Shown: positions 46,605 to 53,958 of the stretch, one piece after another | Layout of the letters: each line of letters begins with the position of its first letter | How positions within the stretch are numbered: position 1 is the stretch's first letter | NCBI GenBank assembly: GCA_026397595.1 | Contig: JAPLUO010000292.1 | Span: 1 to 58,229, forward strand | Length of the DNA: 58,229 bases | Reading direction: 5' to 3' | DNA from: a candidate division WOR-3 bacterium | Lineage (GTDB): Bacteria > Hydrothermota > Tepidihabitantia > Tepidihabitantales > Tepidihabitantaceae | Position numbers and translations under genes: made by a program | The notes under the pieces: generated by a model | The model's database searches: none | Told to the model about the DNA's origin: nothing | What the model saw: the letters and a program-made list of their open reading frames with translations, nothing else

Positions 46605-47233
46605 TAATCCCGGGGACGCAATGAGCAATTCCTGACGCGCGAGCGGCCGGTTCCCGATAACCCATATGTAGTGGTCGGGCAGAGCCGAAACCACAATTCT
46701 CCCGTGGAGTGGGCGGCCCAGGGACTGCCCGGGGGGCTACAATTGAGTAAGGAAAAGGTTAAGGTTCAGGTTAAGGTTCAGACGGAGGTTCGAACTGAGC
46801 TTTGACGCGAGCGACGACGCGCTGGGCTTCCTGAACGGCTCTGCGAACAGCACGCGGTTCAGCACCGGATACGGCCCAAGGTTCAGGGTGAGGTTGAGGT
46901 CGAGATTCAGGTGGAGACGCACGTGCCGACGCCGGTCACGACGCAGGTCGGCATACGTTCAGACGAACACCGGGATACACTTCGAGAGACACAAGGAGTT
47001 TTCCGGCGAGCCACGGCGGAAGCTGTTGCGAGTAGCTGAAGGCGGAGAGCGGCCCGGAATTGGTGTCGTCAGCGGATTTCCTCTAGCTCCGGCCAGCCGA
47101 GACCCCTCCTCAGCGTCGGGGCGACACTCCGTATCGTCTGCGTAATCTGCGGCGGTCCTGAGAGATTCCTCCACTCCGCTTCGCTCCGGTCGGAATGACA
47201 GTCCTCTTGGCGGTCTTGGCGAGCTTGGCGGTT
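46605..47233 (-). repeat. Composite non-coding arm, copy C (inverted; right flank of the defence operon)
   Basis: 37-bp motif 46605-46641 (31/37 match to 34576-34612), 81-bp block 47072-47152 (77/81 match to 34193-34273), CTTGGCG 9-mers at 47206-47233. Confidence 0.8.
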
Positions 47234-47300
47234 CGTTCGAGTTCCGACTTGCAGTTGTCGGCTGGCGAACGGCGGGCGGCGCGCTGTGAGGTGCCGGCGA

Positions 47301-47410
47301 TTGATAGCGGGCTGATTGTTGGTATTCTTGTGACAATCATGGAAGGCTTTGCGTCCCGCGTCGGCGTGGTCCGTAGCCTGGCCGCGTTGCCGGGCGCTGA
47401 GCGGAGCTGA
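47301..47410 (+). pseudogene. Degenerate copy of the rbsK promoter and first ~14 codons
   Basis: TTGATA-16 bp-TATTCT then MEGFASRVGVVRSL, versus TTGATA-16 bp-TATCCT then MKGKRPGVCVVGSF at 47805 onward. Confidence 0.6.
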
Positions 47411-47424
47411 TTGAAGGAGGAAAC

Positions 47425-47793
47425 ATGAGACTTGTCATCCGGTGGCTGATTTCGGCGCTTGCCCTGTTCCTTGCCGCGTGGATTGTGCCGGGCATCCATG
47501 TCGCGCCTAATGCGTGGTGGATTTACGCGGTCATGGCGGTCGTCCTCGGCCTCGTGAACGCGCTCGTAAGGCCGGTGCTTAAGCTGCTTTCCTGCGGGCT
47601 CATCATCCTGACGCTCGGCCTGTTCACGCTAGTCATCAACGCCCTTACGCTGTGGCTTTCGTCGGCCATCGCCGTCCATTGGTTCCACGTCGACTTCTAC
47701 GTGCGCGGGTTCTGGGCCGCGTTCTGGGGTGCGCTCATCGTCAGCATCGCCACGGTCATCATGTCGGCGTTGTTCAAGGACAAGGGAGAGTAG
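47425..47793 (+). CDS. Phage holin superfamily IV (YvlD-like) 4-TM membrane protein
   Basis: VLGLVNALVRPVLKLLS..LTLGLFTLVINA, GFWAAFWGALIVS; AAGGAGG RBS. Confidence 0.85.
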   Translation: MRLVIRWLISALALFLAAWIVPGIHVAPNAWWIYAVMAVVLGLVNALVRPVLKLLSCGLIILTLGLFTLVINALTLWLSSAIAVHWFHVDFYVRGFWAAFWGALIVSIATVIMSALFKDKGE

Positions 47794-47841
47794 GTCTCCA
47801 GCGGTTGATAGTCGGCTGATTCCGGGTATCCTCTCGACACC

Positions 47842-48840
47842 ATGAAAGGCAAACGCCCTGGCGTCTGCGTGGTCGGCAGCTTCGTGCTGGACCTCGTATT
47901 CAAGGTGGACCACCGGCCCGGGCCGGGCGAGACGATGCTGGCGCGTGACTTCGGGATGTTCCTCGGCGGCAAAGGGTTCAACCAGGCGATTGCGGCGCGC
48001 AGGCTGGGCGCGGACGTGAGCATGGTCGGCAGGTTGGGCGGCGATACGTTCGGGGACATGTTCATGGCGAAGCTGGAGCAGGAGGGGATTGACTCAAGCC
48101 GCGTGACGCGCGACCCGGAGGCGGGAACCGCGATTGCCTCGCCGGTGATAGACGCAGGCGGGGAGAACAGCATCATCGCCGCGCCGCGGGCCAACATGCG
48201 CGTGACGCCCGAAGACGCAGAGGCGGCAGAGGAACAGATTGCCGCGGCCGACGTACTGATGCTGCAGTTTGAGATACCGCCGGCCGCGTCGAGAAGAGCC
48301 GCCGAGATTGCACGCAAGCACGACACGCTGGTCCTGCTCGACCCCGCTCCGGTCAGCCACGGCGGGCCGGTCGAAGTCAGAAGCCAGAGCACAGAAGCCG
48401 GAGCGCAGAGTTCCGACACACCGGACCACTGGACCACTAGACCCCTTGACCACTTCTCTATCGACTACCTCGTGCCGAACGAAATCGAAGCACATATGCT
48501 GACCGGAAAGATGACGCCGGAAGAAGCCGCGGCCGTACTGCTGCCGGAGACGCGGCATGGCGTGGTTATCTCTCTCGGCGAGCAGGGGGCGATGGCGGTT
48601 GACCGCGCCGCGTTGTTCCGCTTCCCTGCGTACAAGGTGAAAACGGTTGACACCACCGGCGCGGGCGACGCGTTCCGGGCCGGGTTGGCCGTGATGCTGG
48701 CGCAGGACAAGTCGCTCGACGACGCGGTCCGGTTCGCCAACGCCTGCGGCGCTCTGGCCTGCACGGTCATGGGCGCGGAGCCGTCGATGCCAAGACGTCA
48801 GGTGGTGGAGATGTTCTTGAAGGAGGGTGACAAGCCATGA
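47842..48840 (+). CDS. rbsK: Ribokinase (PfkB family) with an internal in-frame insertion
   Basis: GGKGFNQAIA, PNEIE, VDTTGAGDAF, ANACGAL. Confidence 0.88.
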   Translation: MKGKRPGVCVVGSFVLDLVFKVDHRPGPGETMLARDFGMFLGGKGFNQAIAARRLGADVSMVGRLGGDTFGDMFMAKLEQEGIDSSRVTRDPEAGTAIASPVIDAGGENSIIAAPRANMRVTPEDAEAAEEQIAAADVLMLQFEIPPAASRRAAEIARKHDTLVLLDPAPVSHGGPVEVRSQSTEAGAQSSDTPDHWTTRPLDHFSIDYLVPNEIEAHMLTGKMTPEEAAAVLLPETRHGVVISLGEQGAMAVDRAALFRFPAYKVKTVDTTGAGDAFRAGLAVMLAQDKSLDDAVRFANACGALACTVMGAEPSMPRRQVVEMFLKEGDKP

Positions 48841-50018
48841 GGCCGATTATCCTCTTTGTCATCTCTCTCTTTGTCAGCGCAGTCGCCAGCGACACCATAA
48901 AGCCGCTGTTCGAGACCGATTCAGTCGCTGCCTACAACCGGTGGCTCGAAGAGCATCGCGATCAGTATCCTAGATTCCGACCGGTTCTTACCAAGGCCGA
49001 CCTCTCGACCGATTCGGCGGCTGGACCCACGCGCCAAATGCGTCGAGACGCAGTAGTACCTTTGAGCGAGCTGGTGGGGCTGCAAGTGGGCTTCCGCGAC
49101 TTCTTTGAGGACGGAGACCACTGCGTTGTGTATCATCGAGATGGCCGGGCAGTCACAAGCACGGCCTATGACCGGTACGGCCGCAAGCTGTTCGAAACCT
49201 CCGGGTACATTCAACATCGGTTTAACCTGTGGTTCAAGGATACCACGGCCCAAGACTCCGTTCCCGAGCAACAGCCATGGCGGAGACATGATCAGATGGC
49301 TGAGTCGACAGAAGTGCTCAACGATGAGGGGGAGGTTGTCGGCGTCCTTCCTGGGCTGTCCATTCAAGGCGCGAGCAGTCACGGAGACACTCTGATTGTG
49401 GCCGTTTCCCGAAGCGGAACCGTGGTCTTCGACCGCAGGGCTAGAATCCGCTGGCGAGACAGCATGTTTGGTACCGCTGCCCGTGTTGCGGCCATTTCAC
49501 CTGATGGGCGCAGGGTTGCGGTTGTCACGCAAGATTCCGTGGGGCTGCATGACTTGCTGATTGGCAGGAACAAGACCCTGGGCATTCGTCCCGGGACAGC
49601 GACCCGCTTTCGAGCTAACAAAGTCGTCTGGTCCGACGATAGTCGCCATTTCGCGGTGTACCGAGCCGACGGGCACGTCCTCGACACGGCTCTGCTGTGG
49701 ACGTTTACCAGTGATGGTGAGGGGGCAGTCAAGCCCCGGAGACTGAAGGCGAACTGCGATGGGAGGCCTTTCTGGATGGGAGATACGGTAGTACTGATCG
49801 AATCTCCCTACTACACCGACCTACACTGGACCGCCAACAAACAGCCGCCTGCGGGCCCGTGCAGAGTCACGGCGGTGCCACGGCGCGGCCGAGTGCAGAC
49901 GTGGATGGTAAAGGGGCGGTTTGGAGAGGGCAGCAACTGGTTCCAGCAAGGGCGATATCTCGCCAGTGTAAACAAGTCTGGGGGCGATGTAGTTGTGTTT
50001 CAGGTACCAGTCAAGTAG
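48837..50018 (+). CDS. Secreted hypothetical protein, probable beta-propeller
   Basis: Signal peptide, AISPDGRRVAV, VWSDDSRHFAV. Confidence 0.6.
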   Translation: MRPIILFVISLFVSAVASDTIKPLFETDSVAAYNRWLEEHRDQYPRFRPVLTKADLSTDSAAGPTRQMRRDAVVPLSELVGLQVGFRDFFEDGDHCVVYHRDGRAVTSTAYDRYGRKLFETSGYIQHRFNLWFKDTTAQDSVPEQQPWRRHDQMAESTEVLNDEGEVVGVLPGLSIQGASSHGDTLIVAVSRSGTVVFDRRARIRWRDSMFGTAARVAAISPDGRRVAVVTQDSVGLHDLLIGRNKTLGIRPGTATRFRANKVVWSDDSRHFAVYRADGHVLDTALLWTFTSDGEGAVKPRRLKANCDGRPFWMGDTVVLIESPYYTDLHWTANKQPPAGPCRVTAVPRRGRVQTWMVKGRFGEGSNWFQQGRYLASVNKSGGDVVVFQVPVK

Positions 50019-50029
50019 CGAGGAGCACG

Positions 50030-50137
50030 ATGGGACTATTCTTGGACAGCGTGGAGATTGAGGAAGTGAAGCAGGCGGTTGAGCTTGGGTTTCTGGCGCG
50101 CAGTTCCTTCTTCCTTGAAATGAGAGGGCGGGAGTGA
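50030..50137 (+). pseudogene. 5' stub of the fsa/transaldolase gene
   Basis: MGLFLDSVEIEEVKQAVELGFLA versus MGLLLDSAKIEEVRQAVELGFVA at 51387; has its own AGGAG RBS. Confidence 0.8.
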
Positions 50138-50146
50138 AGGTTTGAT

Positions 50147-51385
50147 ATGAGACTGCTGTTGATTCTGGTTGTCACGGCGGCGGCGATTGCCGTGGCTGCC
50201 GATTCCGCGTTGGTCACGCTGGCCTTCAGCGGACGTGGCGCGTCCGCGTATGACAAGTGGCTCCACCAGAACGCGAAGGAATACCCAGGGCTCTCGCCGA
50301 TATACGTCCAGATTGACAACGAGGCAAAGAGTGCACACCGGACATATTCGTACTGGGTCAGTTTCCTCGATGACAGCGGCGCGGTTGTCCGCAAGCGCAC
50401 GTTCACGGGCGTGCGTGACCCGCGATCCGTAAACGGGCACGTCAAGTCGTACTATGCCTACACACCTGGCGGCGGCGATGCGCTGCTCGTCTGTCCGGAG
50501 GTGGGGCTCACGACCGCGTACAACCGGTCCGGCGATAGCGTATTCACTTCAACCGCTGGCGACATCCAGGGAGACGGCGGGTTGTACCTCAGGCAGTTCC
50601 TGGACGAGGAAGGGTGCGTATGCAAGGACGCTATCGAGGTGCTCGATACGCGCGGGGCAGTGGCGAGCACGATTCGCGGGCCTGTGGGACCCAGCGTCTA
50701 TGCGCACGTCTGGTCTCGTGACAAGGTCCACGCGCTGTGCATCTCGGACACTGTGGGCCAGGTCATGGTTATGGACAAGGGAGGCAAGACACTCTGGCAG
50801 GGCGGGCTCGGGTCCGCAACTGCTGCCGACGTCGCGATTTCCGATGACGGCCGATTCGTGGCCGCGGCAACCTGGGACTCGCTGATTATCCGCGACATAC
50901 AGGCGGGCAAAACTGTCGCCCGTCCGCTGCGCGAGGGCGGGCCGGGGAGATTCCTCGGACCCAAGGTCGCGATATCGCCGGACGACCGCTACGTTGCCGT
51001 TGCCCGATTTCACGCCATGGCGCACGACTCCATCCTGCTTGACGTCTTCACTACCGACGGAGCCGCAGCCTGTACCACACTCGCCCTGCGCACCGGCATG
51101 GTGATGGGCGTCGGGTTCGTTGAAGGAAACGTCTGGATGGTCGCCCGGGCACCTGAGAACACAGGAACGGGTGTTCTGCACATGCCGCGCCGAACCCAAT
51201 CATCGGATGAACCGTACCGCGTCGTTATGGTTGGACTGAATGGGCAGATGCGGACATGGGACGGCGTTGGTCCGTCGCACCCGCATCCGCCGTTGAAGCT
51301 TGCCGGTAATGCCCTGGTGTTCTATGGCAGGGACAGCATGTCGGTCTATCGCATCCAGGCCGGTACGACCGAGGAAAGGAAATGA
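50147..51385 (+). CDS. Secreted hypothetical protein, probable beta-propeller; distant paralogue of 48837..50018
   Basis: Signal peptide, AYDKWLHQNAKEYP versus AYNRWLEEHRDQYP, AISDDGRFVA, AISPDDRYVA. Confidence 0.6.
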   Translation: MRLLLILVVTAAAIAVAADSALVTLAFSGRGASAYDKWLHQNAKEYPGLSPIYVQIDNEAKSAHRTYSYWVSFLDDSGAVVRKRTFTGVRDPRSVNGHVKSYYAYTPGGGDALLVCPEVGLTTAYNRSGDSVFTSTAGDIQGDGGLYLRQFLDEEGCVCKDAIEVLDTRGAVASTIRGPVGPSVYAHVWSRDKVHALCISDTVGQVMVMDKGGKTLWQGGLGSATAADVAISDDGRFVAAATWDSLIIRDIQAGKTVARPLREGGPGRFLGPKVAISPDDRYVAVARFHAMAHDSILLDVFTTDGAAACTTLALRTGMVMGVGFVEGNVWMVARAPENTGTGVLHMPRRTQSSDEPYRVVMVGLNGQMRTWDGVGPSHPHPPLKLAGNALVFYGRDSMSVYRIQAGTTEERK

Positions 51386-51386
51386 C

Positions 51387-52043
51387 ATGGGGCTTCTCCT
51401 GGACAGCGCGAAGATTGAGGAAGTAAGGCAGGCGGTCGAGCTCGGGTTTGTTGCCGGTGTGACCACGAACCCTACCATCATGGCAAAGGCCAAGGGCGAG
51501 CCGAAGGAGATTATTCGGCAGATATGCGCGATTGCGCCCGGGCCGGTGTTTTACCAGGTGACGGCGAAGACGGTCGCGGAACGGGAGCGCGAGGGCAGAG
51601 AGTTCTTCAGCATCAGCCCGGAGAAGGTCGTGCTTAAGATCCCCGCCACAACCGAGAACATGGCACTCATGGTCAGGCTCTCAGGGGAGATTCCCTGCGC
51701 CGCGACTGCGGTGTACAGCGGTTACCAGACGCTCGTGGCCTGCGAGGCGGGCGCGCGCTACGTGATACCGTACGTGAACCGGACGACGCGGCTGCTGGGC
51801 GATGGGTGTAAGCTGGTAGCCGAGATGGCGGCAGTGATTAGGGCGACTGGGAAGCGGGCGCAGATTCTGGCCGCAAGCATCAAGACGGCCGAGGAAGCAG
51901 CACAGGCAGTGCTGGCCGGCGCGAATCACCTGACGTTACCCATGGACATCCTGCTGAGCCTTGGCAACCACCCGCTCTCGGACGCGGCTATCGAGGAGTT
52001 TTCGCGCGCCGCTACCCAGGCGAATTCAGAAGTCAGAAGCTAG
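51387..52043 (+). CDS. fsa: Transaldolase family protein, fructose-6-phosphate aldolase type
   Basis: GVTTNPT, LKIP Schiff-base Lys, FYQV and PYVNR (Gln/Tyr signature of FSA rather than Glu/Phe of Tal). Confidence 0.8.
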   Translation: MGLLLDSAKIEEVRQAVELGFVAGVTTNPTIMAKAKGEPKEIIRQICAIAPGPVFYQVTAKTVAEREREGREFFSISPEKVVLKIPATTENMALMVRLSGEIPCAATAVYSGYQTLVACEAGARYVIPYVNRTTRLLGDGCKLVAEMAAVIRATGKRAQILAASIKTAEEAAQAVLAGANHLTLPMDILLSLGNHPLSDAAIEEFSRAATQANSEVRS

Positions 52044-52078
52044 ACTGCAGAAGTCAGGACTTCGGACCGGAAGCCCGG

Positions 52079-52870
52079 TCAGCTTTGTGTCTTGGTGTCT
52101 TGGTGGTTAGCCGGCCCTTTTTGATTCTGCTCTGCGTTCTTGGCTTCTTCGGCTGAGTCGCGGTGGAGCTCTGCCAGCGTCGGGTGTTTGTAGGGCGACT
52201 GCTCGGATAGCTTCCGGGTCGCCTTAAAGAAGATAACCCAGAAGAGAATCACCATAGTAATCAGGCTCACGACCATCAGCGGCGCTTTGTCGAGCGAGAA
52301 GACGATGAAGTCGTATAGCCCGTGGGCCGTGACCGCCAGCCCGAAACCAAGCGCGGACAGCCAATTGCCGACCCGGTCGTCGCGGGCGAACTTGGCCTCG
52401 CCGAGGAAGTAACCCATCAGCACGCCGTCAAAGGCGTGGCTCGGTATCGAGAGCAGCGCGCGCAGGACGCCGGCGCCGGCGCCGTTGGAGAAGACATAGA
52501 TGATGTTCTCGACCGTGGCGAAGCCGAGCGCGGCCATGACCGAGTACATAATTCCGTCGTATGGTTCGTCGAACTCGGGCCGGTGAAAGGCGTAGAACCG
52601 GACGACGGTGAACTTCGCTCCCTCCTCGACCAGGCCGACAATGATCATCGCGCCCAGAAAGGCGTGGAGCAGGTTGGGCGTATCGGAGTGCCAGCCGGTC
52701 AGCTTCTGAAGCGACAGCGACGTAAGCGCCGCGGGCACAAGCGAAGCTGCACCGAGCCCGAAGGTCACAAGCATCACGCCGATTGGTTCCTTCCGGTATT
52801 TGTCACGGGCGTAGAAGAAAAGAAACAGCGCGACGGCGGGAGCGATGGCGAGGACGAGTAGCCCGAGCAC
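52079..52870 (-). CDS. prsW: PrsW family intramembrane metalloprotease
   Basis: EEGAKF, FDEPYDG, LGFATVEN, PSHA, HGLYD. Confidence 0.9.
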   Translation of the reverse strand: MLGLLVLAIAPAVALFLFFYARDKYRKEPIGVMLVTFGLGAASLVPAALTSLSLQKLTGWHSDTPNLLHAFLGAMIIVGLVEEGAKFTVVRFYAFHRPEFDEPYDGIMYSVMAALGFATVENIIYVFSNGAGAGVLRALLSIPSHAFDGVLMGYFLGEAKFARDDRVGNWLSALGFGLAVTAHGLYDFIVFSLDKAPLMVVSLITMVILFWVIFFKATRKLSEQSPYKHPTLAELHRDSAEEAKNAEQNQKGPANHQDTKTQS

Positions 52871-52900
52871 TAGCAGTTACTAATGAGAGCAGGAAATGTT

Positions 52901-53000
52901 TGTCATTCTGAGGCGTTCGACGCCGAAGAATCTTCGAGTGCAAAGACCCTTCGCTGCGCTCAGGGTGACATAAAGACCCTTCGCTGCGCTCAGGGTGACA
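52901..53000. repeat. TGTCA..TGACA palindromic element with duplicated right arm
   Basis: AAAGACCCTTCGCTGCGCTCAGGGTGACAT occurs twice in tandem. Confidence 0.75.
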
Positions 53001-53097
53001 TCAAGAACTGTCCAGTATTTCATGCTCTCCGTAATAGCAGTTAGGAGTTGGTAGGCTCCTAACTCCTAACCTACTAACAGCTAACTCCCCTGGATGG

Positions 53098-53769
53098 CTA
53101 GACGATAGGTTCGAACAGGTACTCGGGCCTGCCTGTGCGTGCCCGCACGCAGACAGGCCGGCCGGTCGGTGGCCGTCCTCGCAGGAACGTCACTTGGAAC
53201 GATATCGGGCCGGCGTGGGCGAATTCGAACCGGAGGCGACCGTTGCGGAGTTGGTACTCGCCTTCATCGAGCATGTAGGGTCTGCTCCGGGGCGGCGCAG
53301 CCTCGGCTGAAGGGTGGATCCGGCCGGGACGGATGAAAGCCGCGTAGAGCCGCGAGCACGGCACGGTACCGCCGTCATGCACCAGCACCGGCCAGCGGTT
53401 TTCAAGGAAGAGCGGCGCGCTGTTGAAGCTGAGAGTCACGCAATCCGCGCTGCGCCCGAGCAGGACCCGGCCGAGTTGCGGCCTGGCCTTGGAATAGGTT
53501 TGGACCGTGGCGCTGCCGTGGAGCGGGGGAAGCTGGTCGATCCGGACGCTGCCGGCCGGCTGCTTCGTGCCGCGCCGGGGCGGGAAAAGGTGATGGATTT
53601 CCTCGACGATCTCGTCCAGGCTCAGGTGCCGGGTAATCGCGTCGGCCAGCGCGGCACGGGCGCGGGGCACGACAATGTCCAGCTTGCCGCGCGTGACCAT
53701 GCGCGACAGTTCCGTATGGGTGAAATTCTCCAAGAGGCCGCGGGCGGGTTCGAGGCGGATTCCCTTCAT
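53098..53769 (-). CDS. Hypothetical protein
   Basis: 223-aa ORF with promoter TTGACC-16 bp-TATACT 6 nt before the ATG. Confidence 0.6.
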   Translation of the reverse strand: MKGIRLEPARGLLENFTHTELSRMVTRGKLDIVVPRARAALADAITRHLSLDEIVEEIHHLFPPRRGTKQPAGSVRIDQLPPLHGSATVQTYSKARPQLGRVLLGRSADCVTLSFNSAPLFLENRWPVLVHDGGTVPCSRLYAAFIRPGRIHPSAEAAPPRSRPYMLDEGEYQLRNGRLRFEFAHAGPISFQVTFLRGRPPTGRPVCVRARTGRPEYLFEPIV

Positions 53770-53825
53770 GAACTGAGTATACGAGGCCGGTGGCGGCGGT
53801 CAAGCCGCGTCGCACCAAGACATCA

Positions 53826-53942
53826 AGGATGAGGGATGAAGGATGAGGGATGAAGGATGAGTCAAGCCGAACCCCCGACTTCGGTCCTTGCCCTTCCGCT
53901 GGCCGCCCCCTCCTTGGCGTTCTTGGCGTCCTTGGCGGTTTG
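53826..53942. repeat. 7-bp (A/G)GGATGA tandem and CTTGGCG 9-mer blocks
   Basis: AGGATGA/GGGATGA five times; CTTGGCG three times. Confidence 0.65.
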
Positions 53943-53958
53943 AGTTTCGTGTCAGGGA

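Noticed and set aside
46655-46700. ACCCATATGTAGTGG, resembling an NrdR box
   Set aside because: A single imperfect copy with no ribonucleotide reductase gene nearby
47425-47793. Prophage implied by the holin-family and ORF6N genes
   Set aside because: No structural, lysis, replication or integrase genes; both families are common outside phages
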